Source of the DNA: an uncultured Gammaproteobacteria bacterium
GTDB lineage: Bacteria > Pseudomonadota > Gammaproteobacteria > Eutrophobiales > Eutrophobiaceae
Assembly: GCA_943788005.1 (NCBI GenBank)
Contig: CALSOP010000006.1
Span: 32,549-96,548, forward strand
Reading direction: 5' to 3'
DNA: 64,000 nucleotides
Part shown: piece after piece, positions 10,102 through 24,805 of the stretch
How the letters are laid out: each line of letters starts with the position of its first letter
Position numbering within the stretch: position 1 is the stretch's first letter
Program-made: the position numbers and the translations under genes
The notes under the pieces: model-generated
Database searches by the model: none
Seen by the model: only the letters and a program-made list of their open reading frames with translations
Told to the model about the DNA's origin: nothing

Positions 10102-10773
10102 ATGAACGAAAGCCAATTTGCCGTAACTAGACCAGTAGAATCAATACTTGCCACAAATAAAGTATTAAAGAATACATACCTGCTGCTGTCTATGACATTA
10201 ATATTTAGTGCAGCTATGGGCGGGCTATCTATCTACATGAACTTCCCTCCCATGCATTGGATTATCCAGCTCGGTGGCATGTTTGGCTTATTAATGCTGA
10301 CAAATGTCTTTAAAAACAGTGCTCTTGGCTTGGTCTGCGTATTCGCATTTACTGGCTTTATGGGACTAACTGCAGGTCCAACCATTAATTTATACCTCAG
10401 CGCTTATGCTAATGGCGCAGAATTAGTGATGACTGCTGCAGGCGGAACAGGCGTAATTTTTCTTGGTTTGTCTGGATATGTACTGACTACACGTAAAGAT
10501 TTCAGCTTTATGGGTGGTTTTCTATTTATCGGCTTGATCGTAATAGTTCTGGCATCCTTAGCTAACCTCTTTTTTCAGGTAGCGGCTATTCAGTTGGCAT
10601 TATCAGCGATGTCTATCCTGCTGTTTTCAGGTTACATTCTGTATGACACCAGCAAGATTATACATGGTGGTGAAACAAACTATGTCATGGCCACAGTCAC
10701 TTTATTCTTTGATATATACATCATCTTTATGAATCTTTTACAGCTACTCGGGATATTCGGTGGCGATGATTAA
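10102..10773 (+). CDS. yccA: Bax inhibitor-1/YccA family membrane protein
   Basis: 'NKVLKNTYLLLSMTL', 'ILYDTSKIIHGGETNYVMATVTL'; adjacent to tRNA-Ser as in other gammaproteobacteria. Confidence 0.9.
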   Translation: MNESQFAVTRPVESILATNKVLKNTYLLLSMTLIFSAAMGGLSIYMNFPPMHWIIQLGGMFGLLMLTNVFKNSALGLVCVFAFTGFMGLTAGPTINLYLSAYANGAELVMTAAGGTGVIFLGLSGYVLTTRKDFSFMGGFLFIGLIVIVLASLANLFFQVAAIQLALSAMSILLFSGYILYDTSKIIHGGETNYVMATVTLFFDIYIIFMNLLQLLGIFGGDD

Positions 10774-10803
10774 TACCAAAGATTAGACTTAAAAAATTAA
10801 AAA

Positions 10804-10828
10804 GAACCGGCTAAATGCCGGTTTTTTT
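10804..10828 (+). terminator. Rho-independent terminator of yccA
   Basis: gaaccggc-taaat-gccggtt followed by a T-tract. Confidence 0.8.
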
Positions 10829-10830
10829 AT

Positions 10831-10918
10831 GCCCACGGATCAGTAGTATGCCGAGAGAAGACACGTCTATATGGAAGGAGGAGTTAGAGTGAAGCAGGAA
10901 GCCAGAGCCGAGGAAGCC
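10831..10918 (+). repeat. GGA-rich intergenic element directly after a terminator; related to 49889..49952
   Basis: TTTTTTA-t-GCCCACGGATCAGTAGTATGCCGAGAG resembles TTTTTTA-c-GTCCATCGGATGGACCGTATGTCTCGAGAG; several GGA motifs. Confidence 0.4.
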
Positions 10919-11059
10919 TAAAGCGACCATTTACAGGGTCGTTTCGTGACGTGACGTCAAGCTATGACTTAAATTAATAATCGTGCTAGCATCAGTCGCG
11001 TTTTTATAATAATAAGTCACTATTAATCAATATAAATCCAAACGAGAGGTGGTCAAACG

Positions 11060-12598
11060 ATGAAGATCGGGGTGCCTAAGGAAACTTATGCAGGTGAAAA
11101 GCGTGTCGCTACAACACCTGAAGTCGTAAGTTGGTTACAAAAATTGGGGTATAGCGTCACCGTAGAGGCCGATGCTGGTACCGAAGCAAATTTTTCAAAT
11201 GAAGCCTATAGTGAAGCTGGCGCTGAGATAGCGACAGATACCAAAGCACTGTGGGATGCTTCAGATATCATATTCAAAGTCCGAGCTCCGGACGACAATG
11301 AAGTCGAATTATTGCATGACGGACAAACCTTAATCAGTTTTATCTGGCCAGCGCAAAATGAGGCTTTGATGCAAAAGCTCTCAGCCAAGAAGGTAAATAT
11401 TCTTGCAATGGACAGCGTGCCACGTATCTCGAGAGCTCAAAAGATGGATGCGCTTAGCTCCATGGCCAATATAGCCGGTTACCGCGCTATTGTTGAAGCA
11501 TCGCATAATTTTGGACGTTTTTTTACCGGCCAGATAACAGCTGCAGGAAAAGTACCTCCTGCTAAAGTATTGGTTATCGGGGCTGGAGTAGCCGGTCTTG
11601 CTGCCATTGGCGCCGCAAACAGCCTAGGCGCTATTGTTCGTTCATTCGATACTCGTCCTGAGGTTAAGGAACAAGTAGAAAGTATGGGCGCTGACTTCTT
11701 ATTACTTGAATTTGAAGAAGATGGCAGTGGCGAAGGTGGTTATGCCAAGACCATGAGTGATGAATTTATCGCCGCAGAAATGGCACTTTTTGCCGAACAA
11801 GCAAAAGAAGTCGACATTATTGTAACAACAGCCTTAATTCCTGGAAGACCCGCGCCGAAGTTAATCACAGAAGAAATGGTTAAATCCATGAAAAACGGCA
11901 GTGTTATTGTCGATTTGGCCGCTGAACAAGGTGGAAACTGCGAATTAACCGTGCCACATGAATTATCTGTCACTGAAAATGGCGTTACTATTATTGGTTA
12001 TAGCGATTTACCAAGCCGTTTACCCACACAATCCAGTCAACTCTACGCAACAAACTTGCGCCATTTATTGACCGATATGACCCCAGAGAAAGATGGTCAG
12101 ATGGTCATTGATATGGAAGATGAGGCTGTTCGCGGTGCAACGGTTATCAATGCCGGTGAAATTACCTGGCCACCACCCGCACCAAAACTATCTGCTGCAC
12201 CAGCAAAACGTGCTGAAGCACCAGCGGTTGTGGAAAAACCTGAACCGAAAAAAGCAGGCCCAATTAAGCAAATGCTACCTGTTGTTATCGGCGCTCTGGT
12301 TTTGTACGCTCTTGGATCAGTAGCTCCAGCCTCGTTTATGGCGCACTTTACAGTCTTTGTATTGGCCTGTTTTGTCGGTTATATGGTGATCTGGAATGTA
12401 TCCGCTTCACTACACACGCCACTGATGAGTGTTACCAACGCCGTTAGTAGTATTATCGTTATTGGTGCTCTGATACAGGTTTCCTCTTCAGGATTTCTGT
12501 TAGTCGGTCTTGCAGCCTTTGGCATCCTTATAACCAGCATCAACATCGCGGGTGGCTTTGCTGTTACCCATCGTATGTTACAGATGTTCAGAAAATAA
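11060..12598 (+). CDS. pntA: NAD(P) transhydrogenase subunit alpha
   Basis: '[22 protein letters not shown]', '[13 protein letters not shown]', C-terminal TM segments with '[11 protein letters not shown]'. Confidence 0.95.
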   Translation: MKIGVPKETYAGEKRVATTPEVVSWLQKLGYSVTVEADAGTEANFSNEAYSEAGAEIATDTKALWDASDIIFKVRAPDDNEVELLHDGQTLISFIWPAQNEALMQKLSAKKVNILAMDSVPRISRAQKMDALSSMANIAGYRAIVEASHNFGRFFTGQITAAGKVPPAKVLVIGAGVAGLAAIGAANSLGAIVRSFDTRPEVKEQVESMGADFLLLEFEEDGSGEGGYAKTMSDEFIAAEMALFAEQAKEVDIIVTTALIPGRPAPKLITEEMVKSMKNGSVIVDLAAEQGGNCELTVPHELSVTENGVTIIGYSDLPSRLPTQSSQLYATNLRHLLTDMTPEKDGQMVIDMEDEAVRGATVINAGEITWPPPAPKLSAAPAKRAEAPAVVEKPEPKKAGPIKQMLPVVIGALVLYALGSVAPASFMAHFTVFVLACFVGYMVIWNVSASLHTPLMSVTNAVSSIIVIGALIQVSSSGFLLVGLAAFGILITSINIAGGFAVTHRMLQMFRK

Positions 12599-12608
12599 GG
12601 GGATTATC

Positions 12609-14016
12609 ATGTCAGAAGGTTTAGTAACAGTATCTTATATAGGCGCGACTATTTTATTCATCCTCACTTTAGGTGGATTAAGTAATCAGGAAACAGCTCG
12701 CAGAGGTAATCTCTACGGCATCATTGGTATGACGTTAGCTATCGTTGCCACCGTTTTTGGTCCAGAAGTTAGCGGCACGATGAGCTATATCCTCATTGCC
12801 GTGATGATGGGCATAGGTGGTGCAGTCGGCATAACACTAGCCAGAAAGGTTGAGATGACACAAATGCCAGAATTGGTTGCCATCCTGCACAGTCTTGTTG
12901 GTTTGGCTGCGGTATTGGTCGGCTACGTCAACTTTATGGATGAAACCATATCCTTGGTTGGTCCTGAAAAAGTCATTCATGAAGTTGAAATTTATGTCGG
13001 CATCTTAATCGGTGCAATTACGTTTTCAGGCTCAATTATTGCTTTTGGTAAACTCAGCGGCAAGATCGGTGGTAATCCACTCTTATTACCCGCACGTCAT
13101 TTCTTGAATTTGGGCTTATTGATTGCCACGATCTGGCTATGCACGGTCTTCGTCCATCAGGCGGAAACAGGTGGTGGAACCCTGCCCTTGTTGATAATGA
13201 CCTTGATAGCCCTCGCCTTTGGCGTCCATATGGTTATGGCCATCGGTGGTGCCGATATGCCCGTGGTCGTTTCGATGTTAAACAGCTACTCAGGTTGGGC
13301 AGCATCAGCAACAGGCTTCATGTTATCTAATGACCTGTTAATCGTTGTTGGCGCATTAGTAGGTAGTAGTGGTGCGATTCTGAGTTACATCATGTGTCGC
13401 GCAATGAATCGAAACTTCTTTTCAGTCATCGCGGGTGGCTTTGGTACGACTTCAGGCACAGCAGCTTCAGGTTCAGATGAAGATCAGGGTGAAGTGATAG
13501 CGATTGAGACACATGAAGTTGCAGAGCTTTTACTCGATGCCAAGGAAGTGATGATCATCCCGGGTTATGGCATGGCAGTAGCACAGGCGCAACATACCGT
13601 GCATGAAATTACCCAAACCTTACGTGATAAAAAAGATCAACGTTCGTTTTGGCATTCATCCCGTGGCCGGACGTATGCCTGGGCATATGAACGTACTACT
13701 GGCAGAAGCAAGAGTACCGTATGACATCGTCTATGAAATGGATGAGATTAACGATGATTTTCCAAACATTGATGTTTCCATCATTATCGGAGCAAATGAC
13801 ATTGTTAACCCTTCTGCTCAGGACGATCCTAATAGTCCAATAGCAGGCATGCCTGTAATGGAATGTTGGAAAGGTAAAACCACCATCGTTTTGAAGAGAG
13901 GCATGGCAACCGGTTATGCCGGTGTTCAAAATCCACTTTTCTTTAAAGAAAATACACGCATGTATTTTGGTGACGCTAAAGAAAGTCTGGATGCAGTTCT
14001 AAAAGAGATATTATAG
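12609..14016 (+). CDS. pntB: NAD(P) transhydrogenase subunit beta (one extra A at about 13630)
   Basis: '[15 protein letters not shown]', '[19 protein letters not shown]', '[11 protein letters not shown]', then '[19 protein letters not shown]' in the next frame. Confidence 0.93.
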
Positions 14017-14040
14017 GAATATTTCTGCTCTAAATAAGCT

Positions 14041-14067
14041 ATAAAGCGCCCATTTCGGGCGCTTTAT
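14041..14067. terminator. Hairpin terminator after pntB
   Basis: ataaagcgccc-atttc-gggcgctttat. Confidence 0.7.
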
Positions 14068-14154
14068 GGTTAGTATTACGTTATAAAATTCTTAAAGGGC
14101 GTATATATTGTCGCCGAAAAACATTTATTTAAATTAAACACGCAGGAGTTAAAA

Positions 14155-14481
14155 ATGGCAGAAGCAAAAGGATTGAGTAAACCAGTAAAGTTAAAGAGTG
14201 ATCTAGCAGGACTACTTGGTGAGACAGAACTTCCCCGCACAGAAATAACAAAGAAGTTATGGAATTATATCAAAGCGAATAAACTTCAAACTAAGACTGC
14301 AAATGGTAAAGCAGAAAATGCAGGTAAATTTATTGTCGCTGATGCAAATTTGCTACCTGTTTTTAAAAACACAAAATCAACCAGTAAATCAGGCAAGCTC
14401 ACCGATCTCACAAAAATGAAAGAAGGCGAAACAATCGACATGATGCAAATGGCGGCTGTTGTTGGTGCCAATATAGAATAA
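14155..14481 (+). CDS. SWIB/MDM2-domain protein
   Basis: 'LSKPVKLKSDLAGLLG..ELPRTEITKKLWNYIKANKLQ...IVADANLLPVF...DMMQMAAVV'; strong RBS GCAGGAG. Confidence 0.75.
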   Translation: MAEAKGLSKPVKLKSDLAGLLGETELPRTEITKKLWNYIKANKLQTKTANGKAENAGKFIVADANLLPVFKNTKSTSKSGKLTDLTKMKEGETIDMMQMAAVVGANIE

Positions 14482-14508
14482 GTTTTTTCTATTAAGATAT
14501 GAAAATAC

Positions 14509-14531
14509 AAACGCCCTACTCGGGCGTTTTT

Positions 14532-14533
<2 letters not shown>
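14509..14533. terminator. Terminator between the convergent SWIB gene and serS
   Basis: aaacgccc-tactc-gggcgttt plus T-tract. Confidence 0.75.
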
Positions 14534-15822
<1,289 letters not shown>

Positions 15823-16128
15823 TTACATATTTATTTTTGCCGGCCAATAGATAATATGTCCGGGTTTAATTCTATTGTTTAGTTCTTCGATAATAGACTT
15901 TGTTTTTTCAAGCTCATCAAAAAACTCAATAACAACTGGCAAATCAAGTGACATGTCTATCAATTTGGATGAGTGGTATTCACCTGACACGCCAAAACCA
16001 GTTATTCCTCTAAACACAGTTACACCACGTACTTTTTGATCGTCATGTAAATATTTTAATAATTCTTCCATTTGCGAATTAGCTTCATGTAAATAGAGTC
16101 GAACGACTAACACATCTGTATCACTCAT
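15823..16128 (-). CDS. DUF190 (PII-like) protein
   Basis: 'GVTVFRGITGFG...LIDMSLDLPVVIEFFD'; overlaps the crcB stop, a common pairing. Confidence 0.85.
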   Translation of the reverse strand: MSDTDVLVVRLYLHEANSQMEELLKYLHDDQKVRGVTVFRGITGFGVSGEYHSSKLIDMSLDLPVVIEFFDELEKTKSIIEELNNRIKPGHIIYWPAKINM

Positions 16129-16499
16129 AATTGTCTCCCAAGGGTCATACCCAACCAACAACCTGTTATACAGAGTGAAACACTCAATAATATATTCAAG
16201 CCGGCTTTTAAAGTGTCACCCGACTCAAGCAAGTTTAGTGTTTCAATTGAAAATGTTGAAAATGTTGTAAATGCACCGAGCAAACCTATCGTTATGCCTG
16301 CGCGCCATTCCGGACTAACATCCATTCGTTCAACCAAAGTGATGTATGCCGCACCCATTATGAATGAACCTAGTATATTGACAGCCAGCGTACCATATGG
16401 AAACCCGCGGCCAACTAAACTATATATGCCAGTAGACATACCATAGCGACATAAAGCCCCTACTGCACCACCAAAAGCTATTGAGATCATTTGCATCAT
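16125..16499 (-). CDS. crcB: Fluoride efflux channel CrcB/FluC
   Basis: 'GGAVGALCRY', 'FPYGTLAVNILGSF', 'GLLGAFTTFSTFS.E'. Confidence 0.93.
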   Translation of the reverse strand: MMQMISIAFGGAVGALCRYGMSTGIYSLVGRGFPYGTLAVNILGSFIMGAAYITLVERMDVSPEWRAGITIGLLGAFTTFSTFSIETLNLLESGDTLKAGLNILLSVSLCITGCWLGMTLGRQL

Positions 16500-16502
16500 T
16501 TT

Positions 16503-17809
16503 TTATTTTCTTGCTGCCTTATCTTGTTCTCTCAACATTGCCAGTTTTTCAGAAATCTTGATTTCTAATCCACGATTAACAGGATGATAATACGTTTTAT
16601 CTTCCATATCCTCAGGAAAATAATGTTCGCCTGCGGCATACGCATCTGTTTCATTATGCGCATAACGATAATCTTTACCATAATCAAGTGACTTCATTAA
16701 TTTCGTAGGTGCATTGCGTAGATGTAACGGGACTTCTTGTGAACCAGATTGTTTTGCATCCTGCATAGCGGTATTGAATGCAGCATAAACAGCATTACTT
16801 TTTGCCGCACAGGCAAGATAAATAATAGCTTGTGCTATAGCCAATTCACCTTCCGGCGAACCAAGACGTTCTTGTGTTTCCCACGCATCTAAAGCCAGTC
16901 GTAAACCCCTGGGATCAGCATTGCCGATATCTTCTGATGCCATTCGAACTACACGACGAGCAATGTAAAATGGGTCGCAGCCTCCGTCGACCATTCTGAC
17001 AAACCAATATAATGCAGCGTCTGGGTTGGAGCCGCGCACTGATTTATGTAAGGCAGAGATTTGATCATAAAAGGCTTCACCCCCTTTATCAAAACGACGT
17101 AAGGAACCATCGACCAACACTTCATTTAATAAGGTCTCGGTAACAACCCCCTCTTCCGCCAGATTCAGAGGCTATTTCAAGAAGATTTAATGCGCGTCTA
17201 GCATCACCATCTGCAACTTCTGCCAGTTTACTAATCGCTGTTTCATCAAAAGATAAGTCTAATTGTCCAAGACCTATCTCATCATTCTCCAGTGCTATCT
17301 GCAAAATATTTTTAATGCTATCTGTTGCCAGTGATTTTAAAACATAGACACGTACTCGAGACAACAATGCATTATTTAATTCAAATGAAGGATTCTCTGT
17401 AGTCGCGCCTATAAAGGTGACGGTACCGTCTTCAACATATGGCAGAAAGGCATCTTGTTGCGATTTATTAAACCGATGTACCCTCATCAACAAAAAGCAC
17501 GGTTTCTTTACCATAAACCTCTCTATATTGTTTTGCTTGTTCTATAGCAGCACGAATATCTTTTACGCCACTCAAAACAGCAGAGACAGACAGAAATTGG
17601 GCATCACAGGATTTAGTAATTAATCTGGCAAGTGTAGTTTTACCTGTACCCGGTGGGCCCCAGAAAACCATAGAATGTAAGCGCCCTTGTTCAATTGCTA
17701 AGCGCAATGGTTTGTTATTACCTAAAATGTGATCTTGTCCAATGTAGGAGTCGATCGTTGCAGGACGCATACGATCAGCAAGAGGTCGATAATCAGTGTC
17801 GTTCTTCAT
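16503..17809 (-). CDS. rarA: Replication-associated recombination protein A (two frameshifts)
   Basis: 'PLADRMRP', Walker A '[10 protein letters not shown]', '[12 protein letters not shown]', '[19 protein letters not shown]', '[10 protein letters not shown]'. Confidence 0.92.
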
Positions 17810-17874
17810 GACCTAATGAATATTTTATACAGGTAAGTTAAGCCGCGCTTGTGTTAAAGCACAAAGTATATCAT

Positions 17875-19075
17875 TTAAACTACGAGTTGTGGTTTCGGGT
17901 TTTTATCAAGCATTTCTTTCGTCCGAATAATATTTCTACCATCACTTTTTGCTTTATATAAGGCTTTGTCACTAGTATAAATAAGATCCATATGAGTATC
18001 GCCGTCAACAGGAACTGTAGATGCAAGACCAATACTAACAGTTAGATATTTGCTTACTTTTGAACTCGGATTAGGTATTTTTAAATCTCTAATACCTGAA
18101 TGAATTTTCTCTGCCAACTTTATTGCTCCAGTCATGTTTGTGTCTGGCATAATGATGCAAAATTCTTCGCCACCATAACGCGCAACAAAATCGGATGATC
18201 GACTTAGACTTTCTTTCATGAATTTAGCAATATATGTGAGACATTCGTCTCCTTTCTGATGACCAAACTCGTCATTGTATTCTTTGAAATAATCAATATC
18301 GAGTATCAACATAGAAAGTGGCACCTTCATACGTTGTGCGCGAAGCCATTCTTTCTCAAGTGTTTCATCTAGACTTCTACGATTTGCTACATTTATTAAA
18401 TCATCAATCACTGACAGCACTTCTAATCTCGAATTAACGATTTTCAACGACTCTAACAAATGTGCATTTTCAATTTTTAATCGTATCGCATTAGTTAAAG
18501 TATCGTAATTCCATATAAACAACTTCTTAACGACACACAGATAAATAATGCTACAAATACCAATATAAAAATATTCAAACTGACCTTGCAAAAATAGCCA
18601 GATAATTGGTGGAATTAGCAACGGATACACATACATGTCAAATGAAAGCTTGTCCGAAGAAAAAGACACAAGACCAGCAGGTGTCATAACAGCTATCAGC
18701 AATAAAAGATAAACTTGATTTAAAATTGGCAAGTAATTGAAAAAACAAACAATGCCAATACCGTAAATTGCACCGATCATCCCTGCAGAATACGAAAAAC
18801 GTTTATGAATGCCCTCAATATCAGTAATGTCATTTATGACTTTTTGTGTTGTATTGATGTCGACAAATCGATATACATTTATTCCAATTAATAATAATGC
18901 CCATGTAAAAATATACACGATGTTCACATGATTAATGACTACCGCCACTAATATTGATAATGAAATAAGATGTAGTGCGGGGCGTGTTGCAGATCTTGGA
19001 ATACAGCAATCTAATTTGCTCAGCGTATAACTTCTCGCCAATTTCTTTAGAATGCCCTGCGTTTTGACTCGCCAT
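17875..19075 (-). CDS. Membrane-bound diguanylate cyclase (GGDEF); probable frameshift near the 5' end
   Basis: About 6 TM segments, 'DIDYFKEYNDEFGHQKGD', I-site RSSD and 'RYGGEEF'; a plausible N-terminus MASQNAGHSKEIGEKLYAEQIRLLY starts at 19075. Confidence 0.85.
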
Positions 19076-19144
19076 TCTAATATAATAGTACTATATTTTT
19101 AAAAAAGCATACCTCAACAATCAAAATAGCTTAATTAATATAGA

Positions 19145-19798
19145 TTATTGCTCAGTTGTCTTTGCAGCTCGCCTTTCATCGATCACATCGACATCAGCAG
19201 GAACATCAAAGTTAAATAGTTCAGCAGATAATTTTGCATTCTTATTTACATCAGTAAAATCAATGCGCGTGGTTTGCCCCAGATTATCAGTAATGATCAT
19301 CATGCCCAAACGCTTGACATCAAAGCCAATACGAATATTTTTATATTGGGCTTCCAAATCACGCGGCGTCAATTCGACCCACTTAAACCCTTCAATGTTA
19401 CCTAGGTCAACCTGTATAAAATGTTGTTCCAATTTTGAATTTCCCAAAATAATCGCGGCAGGTGTTCTTTCAATCATATCGCTTTCAAAATTTCTGATAG
19501 TAAGTTGTTCCAGATCTTCATCATATATCCACAACACTTCGCCATTGGTTATTATTTTTTGAATGTAAGGTTCTTTATAGTGCCAATTGAACTTAGCCGG
19601 TTGTTGTAAATATAAAGTTCCTGTTGTTTTTTCAAGTTGCTCACCATCCTCACTTAATAATGTTTGGGTGAAGTCAGCTTGTAATGTTTTAAATTCTTTT
19701 AGAAATACTTTCAAGGGGTCAACTCGTTCCGCAGCAGATACGAACGGGCTACTTAAAACGCAAAAAATAATGACCGAGAGTAATTTGTAATTAGGCAT
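19145..19798 (-). CDS. lolA: Outer-membrane lipoprotein chaperone LolA
   Basis: Signal peptide, 'LQADFTQ', 'WIYDEDLEQLTI', 'FNFDVPADVDVID'; follows ftsK. Confidence 0.9.
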   Translation of the reverse strand: MPNYKLLSVIIFCVLSSPFVSAAERVDPLKVFLKEFKTLQADFTQTLLSEDGEQLEKTTGTLYLQQPAKFNWHYKEPYIQKIITNGEVLWIYDEDLEQLTIRNFESDMIERTPAAIILGNSKLEQHFIQVDLGNIEGFKWVELTPRDLEAQYKNIRIGFDVKRLGMMIITDNLGQTTRIDFTDVNKNAKLSAELFNFDVPADVDVIDERRAAKTTEQ

Positions 19799-19806
19799 AA
19801 TAGTAT

Positions 19807-22113
19807 TTAATCAATAGGTGGTGGTGGTGCAGCCAGTATTTCCCGACTACCGTTCGATTCTAATGGTCCAACTAGTCCACTGCTTTCCATTTCTTCTACC
19901 ATCCTTGCAGCACGGTTATAACCAACTTTCAATCTCCTTTGTATATACGATATTGAAGCCTTGCGTGTCTCTGTAACGATACGTACTGCTTCATCGTAAA
20001 GTGGGTCCATCTCGTCTCTTGGCGCATCCAGACCTGGTATAGCATCCGCACCACCTTCTGTCGGACCTCGTAAAATATCATCAATATATTCAGGTGTTCC
20101 TCTAGACTTAAGGTCATCAACAACTTTATGAACCTCCTCATCTGAGACAAACGCGCCATGAACTCGTTCAGGCAAACTTGTACCAGGAGGCAAATACAAC
20201 ATGTCACCGTGGCCTAATAATTGCTCAGCCCCCATTTGATCCAGGATTGTTCTCGAATCAATCTTTGAAGAAACCTGAAAGGCAATTCGTGTAGGAACAT
20301 TCGCTTTAATCAGACCAGTGATAACATCCACTGAAGGTCGTTGTGTGGCTAAGATTAAATGAACACCTGCCGCCCTAGCCTTCTGCGCGAGCCTGGCAAT
20401 GAGTTCTTCTACCTTCTTACCTACTGTCATCATCATGTCAGCTAATTCGTCAATAATGACAATGATGAAAGGTAGTTTTTCTAAATAGCGTATTTCATCA
20501 TCTTCGCTAATCGGTTTATACGTTGGATCTGGAATAGGGTTTCCACTGGCAATCGCATCACTGACTTTTTTGTTATACCCAGTGATGTTTCTGACACCAA
20601 GTGCTGACATCAGCTTATAACGTCGTTCCATTTCAGCAACACACCAACGCAACGCATTTGCTGCTTCTTTCATATCTGTGACGACTGGTGCAAGAAGGTT
20701 GGGGATGCCTTCGTAGACTGATAATTCGAGCATCTTGGGATCGATCATTATCAAGCGAACTTCCATTGCCGTCGCTTTATAGAGCAAACTCAAGATCATG
20801 GCATTCAAGGCAACTGATTTTCCTGATCCTGTTGTACCTGCCACTAATAGATGCGGCATTTTGCCCAAGTCTGTCACGACTGGTTTACCACTGATGTCTT
20901 TACCTAAAGCCAGTACCATCGGTGATTTAACAGACTCATATTCCTTTGTATTTAGAATCTCACCTAAAGTTACAAGCTCACGGTTTTCATTTGGAATTTC
21001 TAAGCCAATATAGGGTTTTCCGGGTATAACATCGACAACTCGGACACTAATAACGGCTAATGATCGTGCCAAATCTTTAGAAAGATTAATTATCTGACTG
21101 CCCTTTACGCCTGGCGCAGGATCTAATTCAAAACGAGTTATAACGGGTCCCGGATGAACAGCGACAACCTCAACCGTCACACCAAAATCTTTTAGCTTTA
21201 ATTCGACTTGTCTTGATATTGCCTCTAATGCTTCTTTTGAATATTGAGTTTTCTTAGGCGGCGGTTCATCAAGCAAACTTAATGGCGGCAATGCTGTTTC
21301 AGCAGGTGGTTCAAATAAGTTTTCTTGTTTTTCCTTTACAGCACGTATGCCCGGTTGAATCTCATGCCTGACAGGATCTATTTTTGGTGGTATTCTTTGC
21401 TCGACTATCTCTTGCTCCTGCTTAAAAAGATGCTCTCGATCCTTCTTTACTCTTCTTCCCTCTGCTTCATCTTTAAAAGAAGCTAATCTAGTTCGCAATG
21501 CTGCTATCGAATTTAAGGTAAAGCGTCCCGTTGAATCCATGACCAGAACCCAAGACAACCCTGTGTACAATGTTAATCCGATAATCAACATAGCCAACAT
21601 CAACAAAGTGCTGCCAATTTCGCCAGTTGCATTTAATAAAATTGAACCAATCGCTTCGCCCAAAATACCCCCAGCACCTCTGACTTCGTAAGGAAGAGCA
21701 TTTCCAGCATAAAAATGCATCCAGGCGATTCCACATCCTCCAAGAAGTCCAAAGACTATACCTACGGCTCGAATGGAAAGTAGCAGTTGATTGATGGGTT
21801 CTTTTTTGCGTTTTGATTGAAATAAACGCCAACCGCTAATCAATATCAATATAGGAAAGAGATAACCAAAATAGCCAAATACATAGAGCATGATATCTGA
21901 TATCCAGGCACCTACAGCCCCAGCACTATTATGTACTTCATGTGCCGTCACAGAATGCGACCATCCTGGATCATCAGGATGATAGGTAAACAACGCAAGA
22001 AATAGAAAAATAGCGATAATTAATGACGCGAAGACCAACACTTCTCTGACATTGCTAATAACATGGTCAGTGATAGGTTTGCTTTCTTTTTGTTTAACTG
22101 ATGCTTGTGACAC
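19807..22113 (-). CDS. ftsK: DNA translocase FtsK
   Basis: N-terminal TM domain, '[14 protein letters not shown]', 'IIDELADMM', '[12 protein letters not shown]', gamma domain '[13 protein letters not shown]'. Confidence 0.97.
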   Translation of the reverse strand: MSQASVKQKESKPITDHVISNVREVLVFASLIIAIFLFLALFTYHPDDPGWSHSVTAHEVHNSAGAVGAWISDIMLYVFGYFGYLFPILILISGWRLFQSKRKKEPINQLLLSIRAVGIVFGLLGGCGIAWMHFYAGNALPYEVRGAGGILGEAIGSILLNATGEIGSTLLMLAMLIIGLTLYTGLSWVLVMDSTGRFTLNSIAALRTRLASFKDEAEGRRVKKDREHLFKQEQEIVEQRIPPKIDPVRHEIQPGIRAVKEKQENLFEPPAETALPPLSLLDEPPPKKTQYSKEALEAISRQVELKLKDFGVTVEVVAVHPGPVITRFELDPAPGVKGSQIINLSKDLARSLAVISVRVVDVIPGKPYIGLEIPNENRELVTLGEILNTKEYESVKSPMVLALGKDISGKPVVTDLGKMPHLLVAGTTGSGKSVALNAMILSLLYKATAMEVRLIMIDPKMLELSVYEGIPNLLAPVVTDMKEAANALRWCVAEMERRYKLMSALGVRNITGYNKKVSDAIASGNPIPDPTYKPISEDDEIRYLEKLPFIIVIIDELADMMMTVGKKVEELIARLAQKARAAGVHLILATQRPSVDVITGLIKANVPTRIAFQVSSKIDSRTILDQMGAEQLLGHGDMLYLPPGTSLPERVHGAFVSDEEVHKVVDDLKSRGTPEYIDDILRGPTEGGADAIPGLDAPRDEMDPLYDEAVRIVTETRKASISYIQRRLKVGYNRAARMVEEMESSGLVGPLESNGSREILAAPPPPID

Positions 22114-22268
22114 ATTAATCCTTTTTACTAGATAGTATCTCTAATTATATGTTTATAAAGGAACTATTTAAACTAAATAATTGGAATATATTGGCTTTTC
22201 TATTGTTCAGTTATTTTTGCTGATCATACTGCTTTAACGTACCATAACGCACTTTTAAACAGCACTGA

Positions 22269-23243
<975 letters not shown>

Positions 23244-23361
23244 TCCAAGAAACTGTTTCAGGAAGCTCTGTCTCAATCAGAGTTTCCTGAACTAATTTAG
23301 CTTGTGATGGAACGGCTAATATTGAACAATGTCTATTCAGTATTTATGGATGAACTATGCA

Positions 23362-23916
23362 ATGAATACTCAATTAGCTTCTTTTGTTTTTCTTTTCGCC
23401 CTAATAACAACACATAGCTCTTTTGCTGATCAAACAAGCACAGATCTAGACAAACTATTCAACGATTTAAAAACCGCTCAAAACTCCGAAGCCGCCCAGC
23501 CAATAGCGCAACAAATATGGTCAATATGGCTAGAATCAGAAGATCAGACTATTGATGATTTGATGGAACAAGGTCTGAATGAAGTGGGAAATGGTAATTT
23601 ATCTCGTGGGCGCGATATCTTTGAAGAAATCACCGAGCGTTCGCCAAAATTCGCGGAAGGCTGGAATAAACTTGCTACCGTCAATTATATGATGGGAGAT
23701 ATTGAGGCTTCTTTGAAGAACATCGATGAAACGCTTAAACTAGAACCACGCCACTTTGGTTCAATATCCGGACGTGGGCTATGTTATCTAAAGCAACGCC
23801 GGTGGCAGTCCGCCTTAATCGAATTTAAGGCCGCTCTTGATGTCCATCCATGGATGTTGGATGCAAGACGTAACTTAGAATTGTTAGAGGACAATCTGAA
23901 AAATCACTTCATATAA
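23362..23916 (+). CDS. Exported TPR-repeat protein
   Basis: Signal peptide; 'PKFAEGWNKLATVNY', 'LKLEPRHFG'. Confidence 0.75.
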   Translation: MNTQLASFVFLFALITTHSSFADQTSTDLDKLFNDLKTAQNSEAAQPIAQQIWSIWLESEDQTIDDLMEQGLNEVGNGNLSRGRDIFEEITERSPKFAEGWNKLATVNYMMGDIEASLKNIDETLKLEPRHFGSISGRGLCYLKQRRWQSALIEFKAALDVHPWMLDARRNLELLEDNLKNHFI

Positions 23917-23953
23917 CATAATTTCAATTTTCTAAGCCAAAACGATTTTTTAA

Positions 23954-24805
23954 ATGAGGTTGAAACCGATTATTCAACGAGCCTTCAAGGCTATTATTTT
24001 CATAATTATTTCTACATGGATTTTACTGGCGATATTTATTTATTTTTTCCAGCCTAAATTAATCTTTTTTCCACATAATGAAATTGAAGCAACGCCCGCA
24101 TTAATTTCGCTGCAATATGAAGATATAGCCCTAACAACAATTGATGGTGAAGTGTTGAGCGCCTGGTGGATTCCACACCCCGAGGCAAGAGCAACGATTC
24201 TTTTCCTACATGGTAACGCAGGGAATATTTCTCATCGACTCGATAGCATAAATATTTTTCACCAACTAGGGATGTCCGTTTTAATTATTGATTACCGTGG
24301 TTATGGAAAGAGTACCGGTAAACCGTCTGAACAAGGTACCTATATCGATGCAGAAACGGGCTGGAATTATTTGATTAATGAAAAAAACATTCAAAGCAAC
24401 GACATAATCATCTTTGGCCGTTCATTAGGTGGCGCAGTGGCTACGTGGCTTGCTGAAAAACATCCACCATCTGGATTGATTGTAGAATCAAGTTTCACAT
24501 CAGTAGCTGATGTTGGAAAACATTACTACCCTTATCTGCCAACCAGTTTATTGGCTCGTATTAAATATTCTTCAATAGATAGAATAGCAAAGATAAAAAC
24601 ACCAACATTGTTCATACATAGTAAAAATGATGAGGTAATTCCATACACGTATAGCAAGCAATTATTTAATGAAGCTTTAAAAGAAACGACAACAGCAAAA
24701 TCCTTTCTGGACATAACCGGAAGTCATAACAATGGCTTTTTGCTCACCGGCAAACAATATATCGATGGCCTAAATGGATTTATAACTGATATTGTTCACC
24801 AATGA
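23954..24805 (+). CDS. Alpha/beta hydrolase with N-terminal TM anchor (ABHD13/BEM46-like)
   Basis: 'FLHGNAGN', 'DYRGYGKS', nucleophile motif 'GRSLGGA', 'HSKNDEVIP', 'GSHN'. Confidence 0.85.
   Translation: MRLKPIIQRAFKAIIFIIISTWILLAIFIYFFQPKLIFFPHNEIEATPALISLQYEDIALTTIDGEVLSAWWIPHPEARATILFLHGNAGNISHRLDSINIFHQLGMSVLIIDYRGYGKSTGKPSEQGTYIDAETGWNYLINEKNIQSNDIIIFGRSLGGAVATWLAEKHPPSGLIVESSFTSVADVGKHYYPYLPTSLLARIKYSSIDRIAKIKTPTLFIHSKNDEVIPYTYSKQLFNEALKETTTAKSFLDITGSHNNGFLLTGKQYIDGLNGFITDIVHQ

Noticed and set aside
13625-13640. A-AAA-AAG run in pntB as a programmed -1 frameshift site
   Set aside because: Restoring PntB needs removal of one base (+1), not a -1 slip; a homopolymer overcall is the simplest explanation.
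16499-16520. Fluoride riboswitch upstream of crcB
   Set aside because: crcB starts 3 nt after the rarA stop, leaving no leader for one.
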